The notes below the pieces were generated by a model. That model had not been told where the DNA came from. It made no database searches and saw only the letters and a list, made by a program, of their open reading frames with translations. The translations under genes were made by a program, and so were the position numbers. A stretch of DNA of 64,000 nt from the NCBI GenBank assembly GCA_965215275.1, contig OZ244044.1, positions 1,376,001 to 1,440,000 on the forward strand. Reading direction: 5' to 3'. Within the stretch, counting starts at the first letter, position 1; each line of letters begins with the position of its first letter. Source of the DNA: Thermodesulfobacteriota bacterium (GTDB taxonomy: Bacteria; Desulfobacterota_D; UBA1144; Nemesobacterales; JAJCZQ01). Shown one piece after another: positions 10,247-20,577 of the stretch.

Positions 10247-11500
10247 ATGGACATGTCGGTACTGAACAAGGTTGACCCTGAGGTCGCGGCAGCTATAAGG
10301 TCGGAAGTAGAAAGACAGGAATGGAAACTTGAACTCATTGCATCTGAGAACTACGTAAGCGAGGCTGTACTTGAGGCGCTCGGGACGGTCCTTACGAACA
10401 AATACGCCGAGGGACTGCCTGGAAAGCGTTATTACGGTGGATGTGAGTTTGTTGACGTTGCCGAGGACCTTGCAAGAGAAAGAGCATTGAAACTGTTCGG
10501 TGCTGATGCCGTGAACGTGCAGCCTCATTCAGGCGCACAGGCGAACATGTCCGTGTTCTTTGCAGCCGTTAAACCGGGAGACACGGTAATGGGAATGGAC
10601 CTTGCTCATGGAGGCCATCTTACACACGGAAGTTCGGTGAACTTTTCGGGAAGACTTTACAATATCGTTTCCTACGGAGTTACGGAAGATACCAACTTAA
10701 TAGATTATGATGAGGTCAGAAAGACGGCGTTAAAAAACAGCCCGAAGCTTATCATAGTGGGCTGGAGCGCCTATCCCAGAGACATTGACTTTTTGAAATT
10801 TCGCGAGATCGCGGACGAGTGTGGAGCTCTTCTCATGGCAGACGTTGCGCATCCTGCGGGCTTGATCGTGGCAGGTCTGTATTCTGATCCGGTCCCGCAC
10901 TGTGATTTTGTTACAACCACGACCCATAAAACCCTTCGCGGTCCTCGTGGTGGCATGGTGATGATGAAAAGCGAACACGCGAAACTGATAAACAGCAGGG
11001 TTTTTCCCGGTACGCAGGGTGGACCGCTCATGCACGTTATCGCGGCAAAGGCAGTGGCTTTTCATGAGGCAATGCAGCCTGAGTTCAACGACTATCAGGA
11101 ACGGGTCGTAAAAAACGCAAGACGATTGGGAGAGAAACTGACCGCCTGCGGATTCAGGCTGGTTTCCGGCGGAACCGATAACCATCTCGTTCTGGTTGAT
11201 TTGAGAGAGACGGACATTACAGGCAAACTTGCTGAGGAATCCCTGGAAAAAGCAGGAATAACGGTAAATAAAAATGCCATACCGTTTGATCCGAGACCAC
11301 CGGCCATCGCCAGTGGAATAAGGATCGGGACGGCTGCTGTGACGACCCGTGGAATGGGTGAGATGGAAATGGAACAGATCGCCGCGTGGATCGCTGAAGC
11401 GTTTGAGAACAATGACAATGAAACCGTTCTGAACAGGATAAAAGACGAGGTGAAACAGCTGTGCAGCCAATTTCCGATTTACAGACATAAACTGACTTAG
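10247..11500 (+). CDS. glyA: Serine hydroxymethyltransferase
   Basis: [33 protein letters not shown]. Confidence 0.98.
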   Translation: MDMSVLNKVDPEVAAAIRSEVERQEWKLELIASENYVSEAVLEALGTVLTNKYAEGLPGKRYYGGCEFVDVAEDLARERALKLFGADAVNVQPHSGAQANMSVFFAAVKPGDTVMGMDLAHGGHLTHGSSVNFSGRLYNIVSYGVTEDTNLIDYDEVRKTALKNSPKLIIVGWSAYPRDIDFLKFREIADECGALLMADVAHPAGLIVAGLYSDPVPHCDFVTTTTHKTLRGPRGGMVMMKSEHAKLINSRVFPGTQGGPLMHVIAAKAVAFHEAMQPEFNDYQERVVKNARRLGEKLTACGFRLVSGGTDNHLVLVDLRETDITGKLAEESLEKAGITVNKNAIPFDPRPPAIASGIRIGTAAVTTRGMGEMEMEQIAAWIAEAFENNDNETVLNRIKDEVKQLCSQFPIYRHKLT

Positions 11501-11502
11501 TT

Positions 11503-11961
11503 ATGAAATGTCCACACTGCATGTCCGATATCAGGGTAGTAGACTCAAGGAACAGCAAGGATGGGACTTCCGTTCGCAGACGGCGTAAATGTCTGAGCTG
11601 TAACAAAAGGTTTACAACTTACGAAAGAATAGAAGACCTTAACTTCGTGATCGTGAAAAAAGACGGCAGACGTGAACCCTTTGACAGAAAAAAGGTAATA
11701 GACGGACTTAAGAAGGCCTGTGAAAAAAGACCGATAAGCGTGGACAGCATTGAGAATTTAGTTGCGGACGTAGAAAGAGAACTTCAGGTGCGGGGAGAAA
11801 AAGAGGTGAAAAGCCAGGAGATCGGAGAGAAAATGATCGCCAAGCTCTATGAACTCGATGAAGTTGCCTACGTCAGATTTGCCTCGGTCTACAGATCTTT
11901 TAAAGACGTGAACCAGTTTATGGACGAACTTAAGGATCTGCTCAAGGAAAAAGAAGGTTAA
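11503..11961 (+). CDS. nrdR: Transcriptional repressor NrdR
   Basis: MKCPHC, RRRRKC, RFTTYE, ATP cone, VAYVRFASVY. Confidence 0.97.
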   Translation: MKCPHCMSDIRVVDSRNSKDGTSVRRRRKCLSCNKRFTTYERIEDLNFVIVKKDGRREPFDRKKVIDGLKKACEKRPISVDSIENLVADVERELQVRGEKEVKSQEIGEKMIAKLYELDEVAYVRFASVYRSFKDVNQFMDELKDLLKEKEG

Positions 11962-11978
11962 TTCGTCCCTGTCGTGAA

Positions 11979-12746
11979 ATGCTGATAGACACCCACGCTC
12001 ATTTAGTTTCACTTGAAGACGTTGAAAGTGCCGTGAACAGGGCGTATGAAGCCGGAGTAGCAAAGATCATATCAGTTTCCACTGGTCTTGATTCAAGTTA
12101 TGCAACTATTGAAATAGCGGACACGTACGAATCCGTTTTTGCCGCAGTTGGTATCCATCCCCACTCTGCTTCTCAGTATACCGAAGAAACTTTTTCAAAG
12201 ATTGAAGATACCGTATCGCATAAAAAAGTTGTGGCAGTTGGTGAAACGGGGCTGGATTATCATTACATGAATTCTCCAAAGGAGATACAGATTGAATCGT
12301 TTCGGGCTCATATAGACATGGCAACCAGGTTTACCCTGCCTTTCGTGGTTCACGTGAGAGAAGCGGATGAGGATATGCTGAGTATTTTAAGAGAAAGCGA
12401 CCTGAATGAAAATCCAGGGGTTATTCACTGTTTTTCTGGAAATTACGAGACGGCCAAACAGTATCTTGAACTGGGTTTTTTCATATCTTTTTCAGGTATC
12501 GTTACCTTTAATCGTGCCGCGGAGGTCAGAGAAGCGGCGAAAAATATCCCGTTTGACAGGGTACTGATCGAAACGGATTCCCCGTACCTTGCTCCGGTTC
12601 CGCTCCGGGGGAAGAAAAATGAACCAGCCAATGTTAAGTACGTTGCACAGGTGGTTGCAGAGGTCAGGGGCGTTGATATACAGACCCTTCAGGAGCAGCT
12701 TTTAAAAAATACCTTGGAGCTCTTCCCCGGGATTGAGCGGTGTTAA
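11979..12746 (+). CDS. tatD: TatD family hydrolase
   Basis: DTHAH, GIHPH, GETGLDY, HCFSG, ETDSPYLAP. Confidence 0.95.
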   Translation: MLIDTHAHLVSLEDVESAVNRAYEAGVAKIISVSTGLDSSYATIEIADTYESVFAAVGIHPHSASQYTEETFSKIEDTVSHKKVVAVGETGLDYHYMNSPKEIQIESFRAHIDMATRFTLPFVVHVREADEDMLSILRESDLNENPGVIHCFSGNYETAKQYLELGFFISFSGIVTFNRAAEVREAAKNIPFDRVLIETDSPYLAPVPLRGKKNEPANVKYVAQVVAEVRGVDIQTLQEQLLKNTLELFPGIERC

Positions 12747-12758
12747 CAGTTTTCTGAA

Positions 12759-13703
12759 ATGTCTCGAAAACCCAGGATCGGTATAACAACAGGAGACCCT
12801 AACGGGATCGGTCCCGAAGTTGTACTTAAGTCGGTCAATGATCCCAGAATAGAAAGTCTGTGTGAACCCGTGATCTACGGGACTGAAAAAGTTTTAAGAA
12901 AAGCCACGCTTAGCACGGGACTCTGTATTGGATCTGAAATAGCTTATAAAGACGATTTCAGGGATTTTGAAATAAGTCCAGGATCAAGTTGTGCAGAAGC
13001 TGGCAAGGTAAGTTTATTTTACATTGAGCAGGCGGTTAAAGATGTTTTAAACAAAAAGACAGACGCGATCGTTACTGCACCTATAAGCAAGGAATCAATA
13101 CGTCTTGCAGGTTCAAAGTATTCCGGTCACACGGATATGCTTAAAGAACTGACGGGGGCAAAAGACGCGGTGATGCTTTTTGACGGTGGACCTTTTAGAG
13201 TTGCCCTGGTGACCATTCACGTTGCACTGTCCGAAGTCCCTTCTCTTATAACTAAAGAGAACGTGTTAAACGTCATAAAGGTATGCAGTCGGGAGCTGAA
13301 ACGGAAGTTTCACGTTCCAGATCCGAGGATCGTTGTCTGTGGACTCAATCCTCATGCAGGTGAGGCAGGAGCTTTTGGCAGGGAAGATATAGAGGAAATA
13401 GAACCGGCGGTAGGAGCAGCAGAAAAAGAAGGTATTAAGGTTGAGGGGCCACTGCCAGCAGACACTGTTTTTTATTATGCAAGTAGAGGTGTTTGTGACC
13501 TTGTTATTGCAATGTATCACGATCAGGGACTTGCTCCGTTTAAAATGTTAGCCTTTGATTCAGGTGTGAATGTTACTTTGGGCCTGCCTGTTGTACGAAC
13601 GTCTCCAGATCATGGAACTGCTTTTGACATTGCGTGGAAAGGTATTGCCAAACCCGAAAGCATGATTAACTCCATAAGACTCGCAGTTGAACTGTTGAGA
13701 TGA
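12759..13703 (+). CDS. pdxA: 4-hydroxythreonine-4-phosphate dehydrogenase
   Basis: GDPNGIGPE, TAPISK, NPHAGE, MYHDQG, RTSPDHGTAFDIA. Confidence 0.96.
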   Translation: MSRKPRIGITTGDPNGIGPEVVLKSVNDPRIESLCEPVIYGTEKVLRKATLSTGLCIGSEIAYKDDFRDFEISPGSSCAEAGKVSLFYIEQAVKDVLNKKTDAIVTAPISKESIRLAGSKYSGHTDMLKELTGAKDAVMLFDGGPFRVALVTIHVALSEVPSLITKENVLNVIKVCSRELKRKFHVPDPRIVVCGLNPHAGEAGAFGREDIEEIEPAVGAAEKEGIKVEGPLPADTVFYYASRGVCDLVIAMYHDQGLAPFKMLAFDSGVNVTLGLPVVRTSPDHGTAFDIAWKGIAKPESMINSIRLAVELLR

Positions 13704-13767
13704 AGAGAATAATCCGGACAGCCTGACGTGGCACTTATCATTAAACAAAAGACGCTGTTCGTTATAC

Positions 13768-13796
13768 TTGACATTGCAGTAGAACAGAAGTAAAGT
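13768..13796 (+). promoter_or_regulatory. Putative sigma70 promoter of the S8-like gene
   Basis: TTGACA (13768-73), 17 bp spacer, TAAAGT (13791-96). Confidence 0.55.
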
Positions 13797-13820
13797 ATGA
13801 AAAACATGATGAATTCTAAT

Positions 13821-13831
13821 CCCCCCCCCCC
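13821..13831 (+). repeat. C11 homopolymer in the 5' coding region of the S8-like gene
   Basis: tctaat-C11-atcaat; lies between upstream ATGs and an out-of-frame signal peptide. Confidence 0.9.
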
Positions 13832-13914
13832 ATCAATGTCGTAGTCCAGTAAGCGGTTCCTGCTGGAACAACGGACAGTTCATACTTTCCCTTATCTTTT
13901 TTCTTCTGTGCATA

Positions 13915-16900
13915 ATGGTCATAGCTGCAAAAGGACAGAGCGGCCTGGAAGAAACATTATCTGAATGCAGAAGCATCAGTGCAGACACGGAAGATCCGCT
14001 ATACGGATGTCAGTGGCATCTGAAAAATACAGGACAGCTTGGGGCTGTAACTGCCTCCGGAGAAGATATAAACATAGAAGGGGTCTGGGATGATAATGTG
14101 TTCGGTGCTGGAATAAACGTAGCGGTGGTAAGTGATGGTATGCAGACGGGTCATGAGGACCTTGCTGATAATGTAAATACCAGACTGAACCATGATTATT
14201 CAGGAAGCGGTAACGTATACGACCCTTCAAAAGCTCATGGTACACGTGTATCGGGAGTTATAGCAGCAGTGGGTGATAACAGCCTTGGAGTAAGAGGTGC
14301 AGCACCAAAGGCAGGCATCTATGGTTATAATTTAGCTGGCAACTTCAGTAATGCTAACGCAAAAGATGCAATGGCCCGTAATAAGGAAATAACAGCTGTA
14401 TCCGTTAATGGCTGGGGACCGGATGACGGATATTCTCTTCATCAGGCTTCAGCTTCCTGGGAAGAAGGAGTGGAAGAGGGTATAAGGGAAGGGTTTTATG
14501 GTAAAGGAGTGTTTTACGTCTGGGGAGCAGGGGACGGGCATGAGAATAACGATCAGGCCAATTTTTCTGAATATTCAAATTACTACGGCGTAACTGCCGT
14601 GTGTTCAACGGACGGTTCTGGAAAGAAGAGCTTATTTTCAGAAGAGGGAGTAAATCTTTGGGTATGTGCTCCAGGAGAACATATTACAACCACTGACAAT
14701 AACGATGGATATGTTTTTGATGCGAGTGGAACGGCATATTCAGCAGCACAGGTTTCAGGGGTAGCAGCACTGATGAGAGAAGTGAACGGAGATCTGAGCT
14801 GGAGGGATATAAAGCTTATATTTGCGGGTTCAGCACGGCAGAACGACGTTTCTGACCTGAGCTGGAGGACTGGAGCAGTAAAATACGGTTCTGATACGGA
14901 AAGATATAATTATAATCCTAAGTATGGTTTTGGAGTAGTTGACGCAGAAGAAGCAGCAGAACTTGCCAGAAGCTGGAAAAGTGTGGGTGAAATGAGGACC
15001 GTTACCACCTTTTCTGATAAAGAGATAACAATTCCTGATGGAGAAGGAGAGGCAGACGGGGTCCTTGTTTCCAGACTTATGATACCGGACCTTGAAGAGG
15101 TAACATTTACGGAGTTCACAGAAGTGGAACTTGTTCTTTCGTGTGATTGCTTACAGAACCTAAATATACAGATAACCTCTCCTTCTGGGACAACGTCGGA
15201 ACTTGTGCGGGAGGTTGCCGGGGAGTCTGTAAGGGGATCTTCAGCTGAAGAAGAAAACTGCGTCAGTTACCTGAGAAGAACACATCGTTTCGGGTCGGCT
15301 AAGCACCTCGGAGAAGACCCTTCCGGAGAATGGATCCTTAAAATATCCGATACTGCTTCCGGAGATGCAGAAGATGGAGAAAATACTTTTACCTTACACT
15401 CCTGGAGCATTAAGGTATATGGGCATAAGAAGGGTGATACTGTACAGGACTTGACTAAGGAGATAACTCCTAAACTTCCTCCAGGCGGTTTTGGCACCTC
15501 TCAGATCGATAGAGTTTATACAGTAGAGGAAGCAATAACACCATTAACGCTGCCTGAGGCATCGGTAGGTACTCCGCCAATTACTTATAGTTTTGATTCA
15601 TTACCTGATGGATTGGCATTTGATCCTGACACCCGAGTGTTAAGCGGAACACCAACTACTGTAAAGGATAGGACCGCTTATATATATAGGGCTACTAATA
15701 GTGAGGCAACGAACTTTATCTTTGTTCAGATTACAGTAAAAGACCTGCCGCCAACCTTTAATGATACGATAGGTAATAAGGAGTACATAAAAGGGGTTCC
15801 GATAACACCAGTAACACTGCCTAAGGCAACAAGAGGGAATGGAGACTTAACATACAGTTTAGCCCCTGATCCATCTGCTGCTGGATTGACATTTGATCCT
15901 GTTACACGAGTGTTAAGCGGAACACCAACTACTGCAACGAGCAGTACTACTTATACATATACGGTAACAGACGGAGATAACGTTACTGATGATTTGACGT
16001 TCAATATCACAATACATAATGACACTTCTCCAACCTTCTGGGAGACGATAGATGGTCAGGAATACATAGCAGGAAGTCAGATAACACCAGTAACGCTGCC
16101 TGTGGCACAATCAGGGAATACTCCATTAACTTACAGTATAACTCCTCGTTTACCTGATGGATTGAGTTTTAACAGGAACACTCGAACGATAAGTGGAACA
16201 CCAACTACTGCAATGTCTCAGGCTACTTATACATATACAGCAACAGACGTAGATGACGATCCGGCTGAGTTAACGTTTGATATTACTATATCAGCAGACA
16301 CAGATCCGACCTTCGGCAGTGAAATGATAGATAATAAGGTGTACGTTAACGGCATTACAGCAGTAATGGAAACACTGCCTGAAGCAACGGGAGGGAATGC
16401 TCCTTTAACTTACAGCTTAAGCAGTGGTTTACCTGCTGGACTGGACTTTGATACAACCACCCGAGTGTTAAGTGGAACACCCAATGTTGTTGATCCAAGT
16501 GTACTTCCTGTAACTGTTACTCATACGTATACGGTAGAAGACGCAAATGGAGATACTGACAATCTGACGTTCAGTATCACTACAGAAGCAGACAGCGATC
16601 CGGACTTCAGCAGTGTGACAATACCTGATCGGGTGTACACGGGGAGATCAATAACGCTACCCGAGGCAACGGGAGGGAATCCACCAGTCATGTACAGTAT
16701 AACTACATTACCAGCTGGATTGAGGTTTGACCCTGCTACCAGAGTTATAAGTGGCACACCAACCCGTGCATCATCTGCTGCTTCTTACACGTATACGGCA
16801 ACGGACAGCAATGGAGATACGGCTAATGTGAATTTTATGCTCAGTGTAGAGGTTTCTTCTACTACTCCGCCAACAACACAAGGACCAAGAACATCAGGTA

Positions 16901-17046
16901 CTGATTCAGGCGGAGGTGGAGGAGGATGTGCTGTCTCCGATCAGAGCAGCACTGCTTCTGATATTCTCGGAGCAGTGGCATGTCTGATACTTATACCCGT
17001 GTCAGTAGTTATCAGAAGGAAGAGAAGAGCTCAGATAAAGACTTAG
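13915..17046 (+). CDS. Kexin/subtilisin-like (S8) domain + P-domain + five Ig-like (He_PIG-type) repeats + Cys-containing C-terminal sorting signal; catalytic residues substituted; true 5' end probably 13797-13809 across the C tract
   Basis: QWHLKNTGQ, HGTRVSG, YNPKYGFGVVDA, P-domain (LNIQITSPSGT, GEWILKISD), repeats like LPxGLxFDPxTRVLSGTPT, C-terminal GGGGGGCAV...TM...RRKRR. Confidence 0.85.
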   Translation: MVIAAKGQSGLEETLSECRSISADTEDPLYGCQWHLKNTGQLGAVTASGEDINIEGVWDDNVFGAGINVAVVSDGMQTGHEDLADNVNTRLNHDYSGSGNVYDPSKAHGTRVSGVIAAVGDNSLGVRGAAPKAGIYGYNLAGNFSNANAKDAMARNKEITAVSVNGWGPDDGYSLHQASASWEEGVEEGIREGFYGKGVFYVWGAGDGHENNDQANFSEYSNYYGVTAVCSTDGSGKKSLFSEEGVNLWVCAPGEHITTTDNNDGYVFDASGTAYSAAQVSGVAALMREVNGDLSWRDIKLIFAGSARQNDVSDLSWRTGAVKYGSDTERYNYNPKYGFGVVDAEEAAELARSWKSVGEMRTVTTFSDKEITIPDGEGEADGVLVSRLMIPDLEEVTFTEFTEVELVLSCDCLQNLNIQITSPSGTTSELVREVAGESVRGSSAEEENCVSYLRRTHRFGSAKHLGEDPSGEWILKISDTASGDAEDGENTFTLHSWSIKVYGHKKGDTVQDLTKEITPKLPPGGFGTSQIDRVYTVEEAITPLTLPEASVGTPPITYSFDSLPDGLAFDPDTRVLSGTPTTVKDRTAYIYRATNSEATNFIFVQITVKDLPPTFNDTIGNKEYIKGVPITPVTLPKATRGNGDLTYSLAPDPSAAGLTFDPVTRVLSGTPTTATSSTTYTYTVTDGDNVTDDLTFNITIHNDTSPTFWETIDGQEYIAGSQITPVTLPVAQSGNTPLTYSITPRLPDGLSFNRNTRTISGTPTTAMSQATYTYTATDVDDDPAELTFDITISADTDPTFGSEMIDNKVYVNGITAVMETLPEATGGNAPLTYSLSSGLPAGLDFDTTTRVLSGTPNVVDPSVLPVTVTHTYTVEDANGDTDNLTFSITTEADSDPDFSSVTIPDRVYTGRSITLPEATGGNPPVMYSITTLPAGLRFDPATRVISGTPTRASSAASYTYTATDSNGDTANVNFMLSVEVSSTTPPTTQGPRTSGTDSGGGGGGCAVSDQSSTASDILGAVACLILIPVSVVIRRKRRAQIKT
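15500..16860 (+). repeat. Five tandem ~90-100 aa Ig-like repeats
   Basis: Five copies of TLPxAxxGxxPxTYS...GLxFDxxTRVLSGTP. Confidence 0.85.
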
Positions 17047-17154
17047 CAATGCGGTCCTTTCAAAGGCATTTATGAGAGAGAATTGAAGTCTGCTGCTAAT
17101 AAATATGTTTATCTTTAATGAGTATATTATTTCCTTTATATAACTTTACTGAAC

Positions 17155-17847
17155 CTAAACCATTCCTATAAAACTGAAGATCCTTCCTGTATTTTTTCCG
17201 TCCCGTCTGTACGAAGGTAAACTCATATCACAGAACGTGCATTTTTCCATGATGCTGATATTACCGATACCGACGCTGTGGATCTGGCAGATGTTTGCCT
17301 CTTTAAGGTCAAGGTAGTATTTATCTTTACTTTTTTTGGTTAAGAATGTATCACAACGATCAAATTCTTTCATAAACCGACTGGCAACTTCCTCCCCTAC
17401 TTCGTAGCACTTTGCTTCGATACACGGACCAATGGCAATGTATGTTTTGGAACTGTCATAGTTTGATCTCTTCTGAAGATGGATAAAGGTTTTAGAGGTA
17501 ATTCTATTCAGTGTACCTCTCCATCCTGCGTGAATTACACCTACGATACCTTTTTGCTCTTCAAAATAAATTATGGGAAGACAGTCAGCTGTGTATACCC
17601 CTACTCCTAACCCCTTGGTATCGGTATACAAAGAGTCCCCTTCTGTTTCAACTGGTCCTTCTTTTGATATTTTCAGGATCTTATTCCCGTGAACCTGCTT
17701 TGCAGTTCGTATCGTTGTCAAGCTGCAATCCGTCAATAATGGAGATATATCCTGCGACTTGAAGTTTGAGATAAACCCGTGCCTTACGTTTGAAAAAGAG
17801 GACAGCAGTTCTGACTTATAAAAATCCATATCAGTTTGATCGTTCAA
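17155..17847 (-). CDS. pgeF: Peptidoglycan editing factor / purine nucleoside phosphorylase (YfiH/PgeF)
   Basis: QVHG, TADCLPI, HAGWRG, IGPCI, SYRRD. Confidence 0.92.
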   Translation of the reverse strand: MNDQTDMDFYKSELLSSFSNVRHGFISNFKSQDISPLLTDCSLTTIRTAKQVHGNKILKISKEGPVETEGDSLYTDTKGLGVGVYTADCLPIIYFEEQKGIVGVIHAGWRGTLNRITSKTFIHLQKRSNYDSSKTYIAIGPCIEAKCYEVGEEVASRFMKEFDRCDTFLTKKSKDKYYLDLKEANICQIHSVGIGNISIMEKCTFCDMSLPSYRRDGKNTGRIFSFIGMV

Positions 17848-18769
17848 GGAAATTCAGCGTGTCCGAAAAGTCGGTCGGTACCGAAGCCGTAAATTCAACT
17901 GTTTTACCGCTTCTCGGTTCAAGGAACTTTATCTTCTCCGCGTGAAGTGTATGTCTGTTGATTTTTTTATTAAAGTCCTTCAGGAGCAGTTTATCCTTTT
18001 TTGAGTCCCCGTATAGTTTATCCGCCAGTACAGGATGTCCGCTTTCTGAAAAATGAACGCGTATTTGATGAGTTCGTCCCGTCTGCGGCATTACCTGAAC
18101 CAGGGCAGAACTTCTGAACCTTTTCAGCAACGTCCAGCAGGTTGTGGAATCCCTGCCGTAATTAGTATTTACCGACATCTTTACACGGTTTTTTTTATGC
18201 CTTCCTATTTTAGAAACGTATCTGCCCTGATCGGTTTTGATGATTCCGTGTATGATCGCCAGATATACTTTTGAAACTTCTCTGCGTTTGAACTGTTCAG
18301 CGATCCTTGAATGTGTAAAATCGTTCTTGGCAACTACCATTACGCCGGAGGTTTCCTTGTCAAGTCTGTGTACAATGCCGGGTCGTATCTTCCCTCCGAT
18401 CCCTGACAGGTCTTTGCAGTGATACAGCAGGGCGTTAACCAGGGTTCCGTGCGTGTTCCCGGCACCGGCGTGCACTACCATACCCGCGGGTTTGTTCACG
18501 ACTGCAAAATCGGGATTTTCATATATTATTTCCACGTCTATTTTTTCAGCGGAGTACTCTGTTGGTTTCGGCTTTGGAAAGTTAACTGAAACGGATTCTC
18601 CACCAGTCAGGATCTTAGATGGCTTTACCGTCTTGCCATCAATAAGCACATGTCCGTTCCTGAGGTATCTTCCTATTTGCGAGCGGCTGTGCTGAGCGTA
18701 GATCTTTGAGAAAACAACGTCCGCTCTGCCGGGACAATAACGCTGAGGTAATAAAAAACTGTCCTTCAT
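17831..18769 (-). CDS. rluD: RluA-family 23S rRNA pseudouridine synthase
   Basis: S4 domain, NKPAGMVVH, HRLDKETSG, TGRTHQIRVH. Confidence 0.93.
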   Translation of the reverse strand: MKDSFLLPQRYCPGRADVVFSKIYAQHSRSQIGRYLRNGHVLIDGKTVKPSKILTGGESVSVNFPKPKPTEYSAEKIDVEIIYENPDFAVVNKPAGMVVHAGAGNTHGTLVNALLYHCKDLSGIGGKIRPGIVHRLDKETSGVMVVAKNDFTHSRIAEQFKRREVSKVYLAIIHGIIKTDQGRYVSKIGRHKKNRVKMSVNTNYGRDSTTCWTLLKRFRSSALVQVMPQTGRTHQIRVHFSESGHPVLADKLYGDSKKDKLLLKDFNKKINRHTLHAEKIKFLEPRSGKTVEFTASVPTDFSDTLNFLERSN

Positions 18770-19014
18770 GGATTATTGAAATATGGGGACCATAATCTTG
18801 ATCCTTGGATTTTCAGCAGTTTGAAAAACAGCACCGTGGGTATTTCTGTAACTTCCGCCATAGTTTCTCTTTCAACCCTCTGGTCGTTCATTTTTTCACA
18901 CGAGTTGTTTACAGGTCCTATTCTATATACTATTTTAAGCAAGATAAACACACAAAGATAAACTTTCAGAAAGATCGGACGAAGTAGCAGCGGAGACGTC
19001 GTACTGTTTTAAAG

Positions 19015-20568
19015 ATGAAGATCGCAACCAGAGAAACCATAAAGGAAATTGACCGTATAACGATCGGGAAATACGGAGTACCGGGGATCGTTTTAATGGA
19101 AAATGCCGGCAGGGCGGTAGCAAGCGTTATACGGAGAGAGTTTCCAGATAAGGATAACATTTCTGTTTTCTGCGGTGGGGGAAACAATGGAGGAGATGGT
19201 TTTGTAGCTGCAAGACACCTCATTAACACGGGAAAAAAGGTAACTACTTACCTGCTGCAGAACAGAAATGAATACAGTGGTGATGCAAGGACAAATCTGA
19301 ATTCCCTTTCTAAAATATCAAAAGACATTAAAAGATTAAAAAGCAGTTTTTCAAACTATCAGGAAAGTGACCTCGTGGTTGACTCGATATTCGGCACCGG
19401 TCTTGACAGGGAGATCAAAGGGCCTTACAGAAAAATAATAGAGACGATCAACTCACTTAAAGTTCCAAAGGTCGCTGTTGACCTTCCTTCGGGGATTGAT
19501 GCCGATAAAGGTACTCCCCTGGGCAGTTCAATTATCGCGGACGTTACCGTGACTTTTGTGGTCCCGAAGCTCGGGATGTCCGTCTACCCCGGGCTTGATC
19601 ACTGTGGAAAGATATACGTTGCAGGTATAACAACGCCGAAAATACTCGAAGATAAGATTCTCTGTGAGCTGGTGACGTTTAAAAAATGCAGGTCGATCAT
19701 AAAAGAAAGACCCCATGATACTCATAAAGGAAGCTATGGACATACTCTGATCGTTGCAGGTTCGTCGGGCAAGACGGGTGCTGCGGCCCTGTGTGCACAT
19801 GCATCGGTGCGTTCAGGTTCAGGACTGGTGACCGTTGGTGTGCCTCGATCAGTTCTAAGCTCCGTGGATGAAAAGATCATTGAGGCTATGTCATTAGGGT
19901 TACAGGACGGTGGCAGCGGTTTCCTGTCTGAGATATCACTGGATCAGGTCATTTCGGAGCTGGGTTCAAAAACGTCCCTTGCGATCGGTCCCGGTATATC
20001 GGTAAACCAGGGCACTAAAGATCTTTTATTTAAAGTACTGACGGGGTCGCAGGTACCGGTCGTTGCGGACGCGGATGCAGTTAACATCATTGCAGAGAAT
20101 AAGGACCTGCTTAAAAAGCTGAAAGTACCCGTTATACTTACCCCTCACCCCGGCGAAATGGCAAGACTTACGGGAACAACCACGAGAGAAGTTCAGCTGA
20201 ACAGGGTAAAACACGCTGAAGAGTTTGCCGTCTCTCACAAGTGCTATGTTGTTCTGAAAGGTGCAAGGTCAGTGATCGCCACGCCAGATGGCTGTGTTTT
20301 TATAAATCCGACGGGAAATCCCGCAATGTCTTCAGGCGGTATGGGAGACGTTCTTACCGGCGTCATATCAGGACTTATATCTCAAAAGTACAGCCCGTTG
20401 GAAGCCTGTATTCTCGGCACTTTCGTCCATGGACTTTCCGGAGACATCGAGGCTGAAGAAAAGGGACCTTCAGGAATAACTGCAACTGACGTGGCTGACT
20501 CAATACCCAGGGCACTGAAACAGGTTCAGGTTCAGGATGGAGAACCGTTCTTTGAAACTATCTGCTGA
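19015..20568 (+). CDS. nnr: Bifunctional NAD(P)H-hydrate epimerase/dehydratase
   Basis: LMENAG, GNNGGDG, DLPSG, HKGSYG, TPHPGE, GGMGDVLTG. Confidence 0.95.
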   Translation: MKIATRETIKEIDRITIGKYGVPGIVLMENAGRAVASVIRREFPDKDNISVFCGGGNNGGDGFVAARHLINTGKKVTTYLLQNRNEYSGDARTNLNSLSKISKDIKRLKSSFSNYQESDLVVDSIFGTGLDREIKGPYRKIIETINSLKVPKVAVDLPSGIDADKGTPLGSSIIADVTVTFVVPKLGMSVYPGLDHCGKIYVAGITTPKILEDKILCELVTFKKCRSIIKERPHDTHKGSYGHTLIVAGSSGKTGAAALCAHASVRSGSGLVTVGVPRSVLSSVDEKIIEAMSLGLQDGGSGFLSEISLDQVISELGSKTSLAIGPGISVNQGTKDLLFKVLTGSQVPVVADADAVNIIAENKDLLKKLKVPVILTPHPGEMARLTGTTTREVQLNRVKHAEEFAVSHKCYVVLKGARSVIATPDGCVFINPTGNPAMSSGGMGDVLTGVISGLISQKYSPLEACILGTFVHGLSGDIEAEEKGPSGITATDVADSIPRALKQVQVQDGEPFFETIC

Positions 20569-20577
20569 AAAATATAC

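Noticed and set aside
10730..11488. 252-aa antisense ORF
   Set aside because: Shadow of glyA with no recognisable motifs
18766..19015. Short ORFs between rluD and nnr
   Set aside because: Several overlapping ~60-aa frames without motifs; probably a divergent promoter region, though a small gene cannot be excluded
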